A stretch of DNA of 64,000 bases, from positions 186,001-250,000 of the forward strand of contig NIVC01000168.1 of the NCBI GenBank assembly GCA_002269645.1, given 5' to 3'. Made by a program: the position numbers and the translations under genes. This document shows positions 1 through 12,600 of the stretch, piece by piece. The notes beneath the pieces are model-generated. The model was given only the letters and a program-made list of their open reading frames with translations. It was not told where the DNA came from and did no database searches. Every line of letters starts with the position of its first letter. The stretch's first letter is position 1. This DNA comes from Macrostomum lignano (Eukaryota).

Positions 1-2
1 GC

Positions 3-1191
3 GACTTTGGCTTCGAGCTGATCTCGAAAATGGTCGCTAAGAACTACTCACTGAAGGAGATTAAAATTGGTCATAACACTGTCAGCACTTCCGGTGTTTA
101 CAAAGTGCTTGAGGCTTTCCATAGGAACAAGGATTCTGATCTCAGGATTTTGGACTTTGAAGGCAAGTACATGCACAGTAGTTTTACAGTGTACTTTCGG
201 TTTGTTTGCACTTCTGAAAGAAGTACCTGCTGAGTTTAATACCTTTGAATCTACTCGTCAAGATTTGACTTGTTATCCAGAATTTCCCGCTAAAATTTGC
301 AAAGTTTACACATATGATTTTAGGCAATCATTTCGCTCATAAGCAGGAAAGTATTAATGAGAATGAAATTTTTGTCTTAAAATATTTAAGTGCAAAATCT
401 AGGGGCGTAGCCAGGTAAAAATATAATGGGGCGCCCTCAGCCCCTTAAGCAACTGGAAAAGGTATACATGGTGCTTCTAACAGTAACTTGAACGATCCTG
501 GTGCTAAAGCCCCTGGTGCTGGCGCCCATGGTGCTAAAGCCCCTGGTGCTAAAGACCCTGTGCTAAAGCCCTTGTCTGCTAAAGCCCTGGCGCTGGCGCC
601 CAGAAAAAATGAACCCCTCTGCAACCCTCCTTATAATAATTAGTTATATTGTACAGAAACGGCTACGTGCCTTTGAGAAAAGTACACCCTTCAAAGCCTC
701 AATGTACATGCTTGCCAACTGCAGGTCTCTACATGGACAAGAAGTGCTTGGAGCTGATCGACGCCATCAAGGAGGAGCGGCCGCACACCTACTTCGTGAT
801 GCACGGCACTATCGAGCGCGGCACCGAGCACAAAACCAAGGAGCTCATCCGCGGCATCATCGACCACGACAGTCCGCTGGAGATTCTGCGTTTTTACGTT
901 GAACAAACTGGCAGCCGCCTTGTTGACGTGTTCAACATCTTCGACACAGAGAAGAACAACGCGATCACAAAGAGTGACTTGGTTCGAGGCCTAGAGAAGA
1001 TCAACGTGATATTCACACAGGAGCAGGTGGACATCTTATTCGACGAACTGGACGCTGACAAATCTGGCGACATCGACTTTGGCGAGCTGATGGCCGGAGA
1101 TCGCGAGGCGCGAAAGAATCTTCGGCGTAAAGGAAAATTCCACGCGACTGCTGTCAATCAAACTGCTGTGCCAGATTTTGTTGATATCTGA
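3..1191 (+). CDS. 3' part of an LRR + EF-hand protein (LRRC74-like); exons <3-162 and 725-1191
   Basis: Exon at 3-162 reads DFGFELISKMVAKNYSLKEIKIGHNTVSTSGVYKVLEAF, an RI-type leucine-rich repeat. It joins in phase 1 (GAAG|gcaagt ... actgcag|GT) to an exon with two EF-hand loops (DTEKNNAITKSDL, DADKSGDIDFGEL). The 5' end lies outside the window. The LRRC74 label is recalled resemblance only. Confidence 0.8.
498..601. repeat. Short degenerate 15-16 bp tandem repeat (GGTGCTAAAGCCCCT family) in intron
   Basis: Direct inspection; the same motif family occurs at 11565-11745 (reverse strand) and 21345-21617. Confidence 0.8.
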
Positions 1192-2598
1192 TTTGATGAT
1201 TCAAAGTGCTGAAGACAATTAAGGAACTTTAAATTAATGATATCGAAAAGTTAATTTAATTATGTAAAGATACAGAAAATTGTGTTAAAATACTTCATGC
1301 AGTATATGACAACGCTTGGGGAGAGAGATGGTGATCATGAACTGCACTGCTAGTAGCAAAGGCATTTTTCGTCCCTTTTCTTCTCCTAATCTCGCCATTT
1401 ATATATTTCTTTGATCCTTGATCGGCCCCTACAGTGCATCTTTCCCATTCTTTCCTCCCTCTCCCTAGCTATCTTCTCCATTCTTATTCCTTCTGCCTTA
1501 TCTTCCCATATTTTTCCTCCCCTCTCCCCGACATAAATTGTACATGTAAATGTATCTTCCCCAAATTATTTCTTTAATTTTTCATCACAGACACAAAATT
1601 GATCAGTAACTAATAACAACTACCAAAATGCTTTTCGACGACAAAGTTTATCATCAACACAGGTCGGCCTCCAACTTCTGTTGTTTTCCGGTCTCTAGTA
1701 GTTAGTAGTCCCTGGCTGCACGCCATGTACCAGGTATCTTTTATCTACGCTAAAATTGGGGCTGCGGGACCATATAGTGACAGGATGAGTGGGGGCTTAG
1801 GCCATGCAGGGAGTGCTGCATACAGGTAGGTGATTAATCTTCATATTAATGTATGTGCGACCAGCCTCTGATCAAGGGGATTAAGAAAGCCGAACCAATC
1901 AATGTCGTATACACGGTATTGAGAAAGTCGAGATTTCTGGGTGAGAATTTCATAATATTGCATATTTGCAAGGTCCGTCGAAATGCGTGTGCAAAGCTGC
2001 AAAAAGGAAAGCAATGTACAGTACATGTATATGAAAAATATTACAGGATTGCTAAATATAATACGAGATGGTAATGAAATAGGATCTCTGTCTCAATAAA
2101 TTTTTTCTAGTAGCTAGAGCCGTTTCTTTGGGATGCTAATCCTTGTTTTGGAGACTGGATTGAGTTGATTCATCAAACGTTAATTTTTAAGAATCGCCTA
2201 CTGATACGTTGTTGTGTAGGCCAAAGTGTGTATATAGATATAAGATATAAATGCATTTTTACTGAGTAATTTGTACTCTGTTGCTTTGCCTTTTAAAATC
2301 AGATATCTAGGTATTTGTTTATTTAGCTTTGGGTTTTTGTGGTGGTTTTTAACTTTCTTTAACATTTCAATTTTTCCGACCAGCGGGCTTTAATTGCCTG
2401 AGCCAAACTTATTACTACTACACTAGGGGCCTATAACATAACAGAGCTTTATTTCCATAATTTATAATTTCGATAAGATCCATAATTTTAGCATTTCAAC
2501 AGTTGTATGTTTTTTATGTACGTTAGTGGGGCACTGATCAAAGGTAGATAAAACAGTGGTACATTATAAAAGTTTCTGTTAGACTTTCGACCACGACC

Positions 2599-5500
2599 AT
2601 GCAGGCGCTCAGAAGAGTTTTCGCATTGAATCAAAATGCTTCGTGGACAAGAACAGTCTTAGCAACACAGCAGAAGTCTTGCTTGTTATCCTCATCATCA
2701 ATTCTTGACAGTAAGTATTTTTATTGAGCTTAGATTTCTTATTAAATGGCAACAGTATAGGGGCCTACTTCATACATGTATGAAGTAGTCTTCTAAAATC
2801 GCTGTTTTATTTAATCCATTTTTGTAATCTAATAATCAGGCTCTCACTCACTATTTATTTTGGTGGTTGACCAAGGTTGGCCACAAGGCAAACCTAGGCC
2901 TATTCTTATTGCTTTGAAAAGAAGCCTACGAGAAAGGTAAGGTAGGCCTATAGAAATGGAAGCTTTCTCTTCTCAATTTCCCTTATCTTAACCATTTATG
3001 AGTCCATATCTTTTTGCCAAACTATACTATCTAGTTTTAGATAAGCCTGGCTTTTGAATAACCAATACTAATAGGCAATACTATTATTATATTGTTGACA
3101 AAAAACCTATATTCAAAGTTATAGTTAATAATTAAGACTTCTCTCCATACCTTAGGGGCTTGAACAGCCAAAAGTAATTTAAAGAGGTTAAAAGTTTTTT
3201 CTATTTGCATAAGCTGATTCAGATCAGTGCCTATACTATACCTTAGTGTGTGCTATTTCAGACATGCACTTTTAGTTTATTACAAAAAGTTATTTTATAA
3301 CTAGTATGATAAATGATAAAAAAAGAAGTTAAATATCTTACAAATAGCAAAATTTTAGTAGCTTAGGTCTAATGGTTAATGGTCTAATGGTTAATACTTT
3401 ATAGCCTAATAATAATAATAGTCAAAATAATAACCAAATCTATCTATAAAAGAAGTTTTGTTTATCCGATTTTTAGTCTAAAAAGTTAGGTTTAGAATCA
3501 CTAAATCCTTATTTAATTATAAACTCAATATTAAAATTTATGCATCGTAATTTATTTCTAGTTTATTAGGATTCGATTGTTATTTTCTATATTGATTTGC
3601 GTTTATTAAGATTTCATTAATTAGGCTATAAGAATAGTTATGTTTTTAATTAAACTTTGGCTTTATTTCAATTATTATTATTATTATTGATTTAATTAAC
3701 CTTTAATTTTAGTTGGCATTGGATTATCAGCAGAGAAACGCCAAATTCAAGAGTTGGCACTTACCTTCACTCAAAATGAGGTGGCACCTCATATGCAAAA
3801 GTGGGATGCTGAGCACATATTCCCAGTGGAAATGTTCACCAAAACTGCTGCTCTAGGCTTTGGGGCTATCTATTGCAAAGAAGAACATGGAGGATCTGGT
3901 CTAAGCAGACTTGATGCATCGCTGATCTTTGAGGCAATTGCTACTGGCTGCGTTACAAGCAGTGCCTATCTAAGCATTCACAAGTAAGCTAAATTGTTTG
4001 CTTCATATATTTTATCTCTTTGTATGCATTTTGCCATTGTATGTTGATTGATTGATTAGAGAAATTCCTTGACAGCGTGTTATTATCTGAATGGTCCATA
4101 AGTTTTGTATGGAGCCTGTGATTCTTTGATTGGATAGATAGTGTAATAAATATGCTAGAGATTCGTAGAGAGACTGAAATTCTCCAATTTTTTGTCATTG
4201 AGACTCGCTGGGAGTCTATGATTCTATGCTGTTTGGGCAATGAGATTCGTAGAGAGCCTGTAATTCTTTCTGATTGATCATTGAGATTCGTAGAGAGCCT
4301 ACAATTCCTTCCAATTGGTCATTGAGGTTCGTAGAGTCTACAGTTCTCTCTAATTGGTCATTGAGATTAGTAGAGAGCCTGTAATTCTTTCTGATTGATC
4401 ATCGAGATTCGTAGAGAGCCTGAAATTTTCTCCAATTGGTCTTGAGATTTATAGAGGGCCTGCAATTCTCCAATAGGTCATAGAAATTCGTAGAGAGCCT
4501 ACAATTCTCTAATTGGTAATTAAGATTTGTAGAGAGCCTGCAATTATCTCTAATTGGTCACTGAGATTCGTAAAGCCTAAAGTTCTCTCCAATCGGTCAT
4601 TGAGACTCGTAGAGAGCCTACGATTCTATACTGTTTGGGAATTTAGATTCGTAGATAACTTGCGAAATGGGCCAGAAACGTAAAGAGCCTGATAGATTTT
4701 TGAGAGTCCTAGAGAGCCTTCGAGTCTCTAATTTATTTGTAACCATCAGCCACACGTCGGGAAACTCCTACAACACTGCAGCATGTGCGCCTGGATGATT
4801 GACAGCACTGGCACAGAAGAGCAGCGTGCAAAGTGGCTGCCCCAGCTGGCCCCAATGTCCCGCCTGGCTTCCTATTGCCTCACCGAGCCCGGCAGTGGGT
4901 CGGACGCTGCGGCTCTAAAAACAACTGCCAAAAGTGACGGAAATGATTACGTTCTGAATGGAAGCAAGGTCAGCTTTGGCTGTGGTCAGCTTTAAGATTG
5001 ATTACCCGTTGAAAAGTTTAGCATGACAATAATCGCTAAAGAGTCATTGCAAACAACTCTCTAGTGACTATATAGCGACTCTGGGGCGATTCGTGTGCCT
5101 TCTTAACGACTCAAACACGTCTAATGCGACGGAGAGGTGACTGTTGCGTCACAAGCGGGCCACGTCAGTTGTAGAATCGTAAAAGAGTCATCCAAGAGTC
5201 GTTGTGTTGGCGCTTAACTTTCACCAGGGATGTGACTCTAATTCATCAAGCGACGCAAATGCGCTTTAAACACAACTCTCAGTGACACTACAGCGACTCT
5301 AGCACGCCTCAAATACGACTTTACGGCCCCAGAGTCGTTATATCGTTGTCCCAGAGTCGCAGGCAATAAAACGCTTCAAAGTGATTTTTGAGCGACTCTT
5401 TGAAAACTTTTTGGCGGCTTGTACCGTGACATCTCGTTGTTTTAGGAGTCGTTTAGAGTCAATTTCGAATTTTACCTATGTCATCTGAAACCACTCTAGG

Positions 5501-7254
5501 GCGACGCAAGTGACTCTGGGACGCTACTTGGCCTAGGTACCGTTTTCATCGGGTTAGAGATTAGAATCATTTTTTCGAATGTCTTAATTATAATAATCTT
5601 TAGGGATGCGAGATTAACAGTTTTTGGAGTCTGAGATACGTTTCTCCTCAATACGCTTCTCCTCAAATTGAACGTCTAGGCTTTCATATCGGGCGCTGGC
5701 GCTACCGACCTCTATTTGGTCATGTGTCGAACTGGAGCGGACGGCCCTAAAGGCATCTCCTGCGTCATGGTCGAGAAGGACACTCCCGGCTTGTCGTTTG
5801 GCAAAATTGAACGAAAATTAGGCTGGAATGCTCAGCCTACTAGAGAAGTTGTGTTCGAAAATTGTCGAGTACCAAAGTCAAATCGACTGGGACCGGAGGG
5901 CTCGGGATTCGGTCTGGCAATGCGCGGCCTAAATGGCGGTAGGGTGAACATCGCCTCGTGCAGTCTGGGTGCTGCTCACGCCTCTTTGCTGGCTGCTAGA
6001 GAGTACATGACTGTGCGAAAACAGTTTGGCAAACAGCTGGCCGAGTTTCAGGTTGGTTTGCGGTGCATCTTACATACTGAGTCAATGTTTCTCGTCTTTG
6101 TATCTTCAACGTGACTCTTTTTACCTCCATTTTAAGTCTGTCTCCAATCTGACTCTTGGTCCCTCCATTTTGAGTCTTTGTCTCTCCAATCTGACTCTTT
6201 GTCCCTCCATTTTAAGTTTTTGTCTCTCCAATCTGACTCTTTGTCCCTTCATTTTAAGTTTTTGTCTCTCCAATCATACTCTATGTCCCTCCATTTTAAG
6301 TTTTTGTCTCTCCAATCTGACTCTTTGTCCCTCCATTTTAAGTCTTTGTCTCTCCAATCATACTCTTTGTCCCTCCATTTTAAGTCTTTGTGTCTCCAAT
6401 CTGACTCTTTGTCCCTCCATTTTAAGTCTTTGTCTCTCCAATCATACTCTTTGTCCCTCCATTTTAAGTCTTTGTGTCTCCAATCTGACTCTTTGTCCCT
6501 CCATTTTAAGTCTTTGTCTCTCCAATCTGACTCTTTGTCCCTCCATTTTAAGTTTTTTTCTCTCCAATCTGACTCTTTGTCCCTCCATTTTAAGTTTTTG
6601 TCTCTCCAATCTGACTCTTTGTCCCTCCATTTTAAGTTTTTGTCTCTCCAATCTGACTCTTTGTCCCTCCATTTTAAGTTTTTGTCTCTCCAATCTGACT
6701 CTTTGTCCCTCCATTTTAAGTCTTTGTGTCTCCAATCTGACTCTTTGTCCTTCCATTTTAAGTCTTTGTCTCCCCAATCTGACTCTTTGTTTCTCCATTT
6801 TGAGTCTTTATCTTTCCTTTTTAAGTCATTGTATTTATGTAGTAGTTAAATCAGTTGAGTTCTCCTTAATCTCTTATGCCCTGTTTTTCTAGATTAATAA
6901 AAACCCGACCGCCCCCTCCCCCGTCATCCACAGGCCCTGCAATTCCAGCTGGCCGAGATGGCAGCCCAGCTGGTCTCCTCAAGGCTGCTGGTCCGCCAGG
7001 CTGCTCAATCTCTGGACTCGGGCGACCCCGGCGCCCCGGCTGTGTGCGCCCTGGCCAAGCTGCACGCCACAGAGCAATGCTTCGACGTGTGCAACCGCGC
7101 CCTGCAGTTGTTCGGCGGCTACGGCTATTTATTGGACTTCCCCGTGCAGCAGTACCTGCGCGATTCGCGAGTGAACTGCATCCTTGAGGGCACTAATCAG
7201 GTCATGCGAATGCTAGTTGCTAGGGATATTATTGGCAGATTGGGTGACGCTTAA
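2599..7254 (+). CDS. ACAD8: Isobutyryl-CoA dehydrogenase, mitochondrial; exons 2599-2710, 3713-3983, 4782-4968, 5680-6051, 6934-7254
   Basis: All introns are GT-AG with compatible phases (1,2,0,0). Motifs match ACAD8: [92 protein letters not shown]. Exon 1 resembles an Arg/Ser-rich mitochondrial presequence. Confidence 0.95.
4150..4720. repeat. Degenerate ~40-bp tandem repeat in ACAD8 intron 2
   Basis: Recurrent GAGATTCGTAGAGAGCCTG...ATTGGTCATT units. Confidence 0.8.
6110..6810. repeat. 42-bp minisatellite (~16 copies) in ACAD8 intron 4
   Basis: Unit CTCCAATCTGACTCTTTGTCCCTCCATTTTAAGTTTTTGTCT; explains ORFs 6026-6892, 6178-6849 and 6442-6798. Confidence 0.95.
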
Positions 7255-7489
7255 CTATTTTAGCGCTACTTCAGTAGGAAAGTGTCTGACATTTTAGTAA
7301 TTTGTTTGAGTCTCAATATAATCCCCAAAGCTATCAGTTTCAAACTTGTCGATTGAAGCTTGCCCGGCTCATTTATCATCATGTTTTGAAGTTTTTTGGA
7401 TGGAGATTATTGTTATTTCTGTATCCTACTAATAGTAGCTGAAAAATTTTCGTATATTAGATATAGTTGGTTTTCTTGGGAATTAATCT

Positions 7490-8050
7490 GAGGCTTTCGG
7501 GATTTTAATTTTGAGATAAATCTGAGGATTTAGGAGATTTTAATTTTGGGATTAATCTGAAAATTTGAGGGATTTTAACTTTGGTTTTAATCTGAGCATT
7601 TGGGGGATTTCGATTTTAGATTAATCTGAGGATTTAGAGGATTTTAATTTTGGTATTAATATGAGGATTTGGGGGATTTTAATTTTGGGATAAATCTGAG
7701 AATTTGGGGGATTTTATTTTTGGGATTAATCTGAGGATTTGGGAGATTTTAATTTTGTGATTAATCTGAGGATTTAAGGAATTTTAATTTTGAGATAAAT
7801 CTGAGAATTTTGGGAATTTTAATTTTGAGATAAATCTGAGAATTGAGGGGATTTTAATTTTGGGATTAATCTGAGGATTTGGGGATATTAATTTGTGGAT
7901 AAAAATCTAAGGATTTTAGGGATTTTAATTTTGGGATTAGTTTGATGATTTTGGGGATTTTGATTTTGGGATTAATCTGAGAAGTTAAGAAGTTTTGCCT
8001 TTGGTGTTAATCTAAGAGTTTGGGAGATTTCGTTTTGGATCAGTATCTTG
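7490..8050. repeat. Degenerate ~40-bp tandem repeat downstream of ACAD8
   Basis: Recurrent GGGATTTTAATTTTGGGATTAATCTGAGGATTT units. Confidence 0.85.
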
Positions 8051-9632
8051 GGGATTTTTAATAGCTTTTAAACTGACTCAGCCATGCAGTTAAAACCTCT
8101 CAGTTATATTTTTAATGCTACTTGTTAAAATCCAACATCGTCTAAAGAATTCCATAATTTGTCGCGATTATTTTGTTTACAATGGTAAAATAAAACGGTA
8201 GTATTCGCACGAATTCAACAAAAACATAAAGGGAGCTCTAAACTTCCAAGCAGCACTTTCTGCTGAGATGTCAGGGAATTAGGGATTATGGAGCACTAAG
8301 CTCTGCAAGCTACCCAGTATCAGTAAAAATTACAATTGATATTGCAAGTAGGAAATAAATTATAATAAACTGGTATTCACTACTCTACTAATAGTAAAAA
8401 TATCGGGGAAATACGTTACGTAATAAAAAATAAAGTAACTTTCGACTATACTCTGCTAGTAAGTAATAAGATTAGTATCTTAAATTTTCATCCTAAAACA
8501 ATCGCTTACAGTAGAACTCAGTGTAATTTCAGCTTCTGTCAATCTGTTATTGGCAAGAAAAACAAGCAAAAAAGTTAGAATTTGCTATAACAAATACAAC
8601 ACTCTTTCATTTAAAGTAATGTATTGCAGTACATGTATTTAGCATAATTAATAAGAATCCATTCATTTATTAGTTATGAATTGAAATAAAATATTCTCTA
8701 AGTACGAGCGTATATCAAAACATATCTTGTCTCTTTATAAGTTTAATTTTGACGCTTTGCATTCAAAAGTTTGATTAAAATTTACTATGATCTACAACGT
8801 GAGTAGAAAGGTAAATAAAATACGAATTACAAAAAATCAATGAATTCGAAAGTTTACGCGAAGTATTGTACTCAACCAGCTGCTTAACGGTTATAATTCA
8901 GGATTTTTGCGACTTAAAAAAGAGATTTTTCCGAATTCCAAATTATAATTTATGTTGAAATTTTTAGCCAATTTGTAGATAATTTTCCGGCGTTTCCTCC
9001 AATAAAACAAAAGTTATTTGACCATGAAGTGCCCTACTTTTTTAAGCTTCAATATTAAATCAATTATTCTTGAATTTGAATTTTATCTCTGTAGACGATA
9101 GACTGAATGTAAGTTTTTAAGATTCACACTCGTAATATCGAGATAAATTATAGAAGGTAAAAAACTATTTGTTTTAACTAGTGTCTAATAATAATTCAAC
9201 CTTTTGTCCAAAATTTTAGAAATTTTAAGCCCATATATTTTGAATTTACAATTTAAATTAGGCCGCAAATTTCGATTTTTATAACATATTGCCCATTAAC
9301 AGTAACATGACGTAAAACAGAATTGAACTATGCAAATTTTGCTGGAGGCTGTTTTTCTACTGCAATATTTTCTGAACTTTACAAAAAGTACACTAAAAGA
9401 GGTAAATCTAGCTAGAATTCAACTGGAACTTCGCCGGAAAATTGTGATAGCATATCACGAAAAAAGAAACATGAAATCAAGCAAAACACTCACACGAAGA
9501 AACGATCCTTATATGTACTTTAATTGCCTAGCTATTGTCCTAAGTTTGTACATCAAATTTTCTTGTTAAAGTCGCTCGGGTGGACATTACAGTATGGGTA
9601 AGCAAAACTGGGGAGTTGTATGCCCTGTGCAA

Positions 9633-12600
9633 TCAGAACACACCGTCTGCGTGATTCAAACTGATTCGCTTTCTCTGCTCCAGAATTGCCTCGCGCTCCA
9701 GCTCGCGTATTCGCAACGGATCAACGCTCTCGTGCTGACTCATCATCTCTCTGCGGGCAGGGCAGGCGGGGTGATGAAGTATACTCATGCTATAATTGGC
9801 CTAGGTTTAATATCTGCTGCGACACTCTTCAATCTACATGTTTCTCCACACTCTTCACTCTATCCCCACACACTCTTCACTCTATCCCCACACACTCTTC
9901 ACTCTATCCCACACACTCTTCATTCTATCCCCACACACTCTTCACTCTATCCCCCCACACTCTTCACTCTATCCCCACACACTCTTCACTCCATCCCCAC
10001 ACACTCTTCACTCTATCCCCACACACTCTTCACTCTATCCCCACACACTCTTCACTCTATCCCCACACACTCTTCACTCTATCCCCACACACTCTTCACT
10101 CAATCCCCACACACTCTTCACTCTATCCCCACACACTCTTCACTCAATCCCCACACACTCTTCACTCAATCCCCACACACTCTTCACTCTATCCCCACAC
10201 ACTCTTCACTCTATCCCCACACACTCTTCACTCTATCCCCACACACTCTTCACTCAATCCCCACACACTCTTCACTCTATCCCCACACACTCTTCACTCT
10301 ATCCCCACACACTCTTCACTCTATCCCCACACACTCTTCACTCTATCCCCACACACTCTTCACTCTATCCCCACACACTCTTCACTCTATCCCACACACT
10401 CTTCACTCAATCCCCACACACTCTTCACTCTATCCCCACACACTCTTCACTCTATCCCCACACACTCTTCACTCTATCCCCACACACTCTTCACTCTATC
10501 CCCACACACTCTTCACTCTATCCCCACACACTCTTCACTCTATCCCCACACACTCTTCACTCTATCCCCACACACTCTTCACTCTATCCCCACACACTCT
10601 TCACTCTATCCCCACACACTCTTCACTCTATCCCCACACACTCTTCACTCTATCCCCACACACTCTTCACTCAATCCCCACACACTCTTCACTCTATCCC
10701 CACACACTCTTCACTCTATCCCCACACACTCTTCACTCCATCCCCACACACTCTTCACTCTATCCCCACACACTCTTCACTCTATCCCCCCACACTCTTC
10801 ACTCTATCCCCACACATTCTTCACTCTATCCCCACACATTCTTCACTCTATCCCCACACATTCTTCACTCTATCCCCACACATTCTTCACTCTATCCCCA
10901 CACACTCTTCACTCTATCCCCCCACACTCTTCACTCCATCCCCACACACTCTTCACTCCATCCCCACACCCTACATCCCATCGCCACGCCCTCCATCCAA
11001 CTTAATTATTTTATCCCTTGGTTTGTGTCTAATCTACAGACTTAAAAGGGATAAATACTCACTGATCCTCAAAGAACCATGGACTTTTGGGCCTCTGCGG
11101 TGAGGCCGGGTTGGTGCCGTTCCCGTTTGCCGCGTTGCCATTGGTTACGCCGTTGTCTGGCGATGGCAACTCCGAAAAGTCCCTCTGCGACGGCGCAGTG
11201 GCCTGACTTTTCGGTCCGTAGCCGCCCAGCTGCTGCTCGTAAAATTTCACCGGCAGTTTAAGGGCGTCAAGAGCGCGCTGAAGGGTTGAAGTTTGGGACA
11301 GGTCGCATCATTGGGGGCGCTGCTTCATTTCATTTTCCACTCTTTTTCTTAAATCCTGGACGCCAGCACCAGAGGCGCCAGCACCAGGGGCGCCAGCACC
11401 AGGGGCGCCAGCACCAGGGGCGCCAGCACCAGGGGCGCCAGCACCAGGGGCGCCAGCACCAGGGGCGCCAGCACCAGGGGCGCCAGCACCAGGGGCGCCA
11501 GCACCAGGGGCGCCAGCACCAGGGGCGCCAGCACCAGGGGCGCCAGCACCAGGGGCGCCAGCACTAAGGGCTTTAGCACCAGGGGCTTTAGCACCAGGGG
11601 CTTTAGCACCAGGGGCTTTAGCACCAAGGGGCTTTAGCACCAAGGGGCTTTAGCACCAAGGGGCTTTAGCACCAAGGGGCTTTAGCACCAAGGGGCTTTA
11701 GCACCAAGGGGCTTTAGCACCAAGGGGCTTTAGCACTAAGGGGTTTTAGTATGCTGTTGGTATAATTTGGCTGAAACAGTAACTTCGTCCTACTGAAGCA
11801 GATAAAAAGTATTTCTTAAACACATACGATACACCAAACTCACCAAGTGCTGCACGTATTTAATCAGAACAATAAGCGCTACTAACAATACTACTGGCAG
11901 TACGCATAGCAGTACAATAGCATAGACTGGAAAAGCCGAACTAGCTGGTGGAGCAGTAGTGGCTGACAACTGAGCTGTGGTGGCATCCAACCCTGAGCCA
12001 ACGAACAGCAGGTCCAAGTCGGTCCCGTATCCGGGCATGAGCGCACGCAGCAGTTGCTGCATTCTGGCGTCGCTGGCCCCGTCTGCAACCAGCAGCTCGC
12101 CGTGCAGACTTGTCAACCCGTCCGACGTTCGATTTTCAAATCGAATCGATCGGAAATCGCCTATTAGTGAGGCTAGTTCGGGCGAAGCTCTCACGGTGCC
12201 AGTGAGCAGGTAGTAAGCCTGACTAGCCAACGATTGAGCTGCTGACCCGTTAGGCGCCTTGCTCAACTGGGCATCGAAGGGCAGTTTAGGCAGACGCCAG
12301 CTGATCGCCACTGCTCGGGCCGCGGGCAGCACCGGGTCCTGACCGATGGGACAGACGCAGGTTGCGGCCTCAGCCTGGCGGCGTCTTCTTCTTCTGGTGG
12401 TTGGACAATTGTAAGCCGGAAACGATCCGGACATTGTGACGCTGAGCTTATAATTGCTGGCTGAGTCCGTTTTTGAACTCGGATTAATCACCACGTATCG
12501 AATGTCGATGCCGTATCTGTTCACAACCTCGTTTGTTGCGCAATATTTTGTGCCGACAGAAGTTCCCGGATAGATAATCTTGTTAAAAGGATTGTTTTCC

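Noticed and set aside
9594-11103. Three 420-480 aa His/Pro/Thr-rich ORFs
   Set aside because: Translations of a 22-bp intronic minisatellite cycling through frames; they lie antisense within the last intron of the mucin-like gene.
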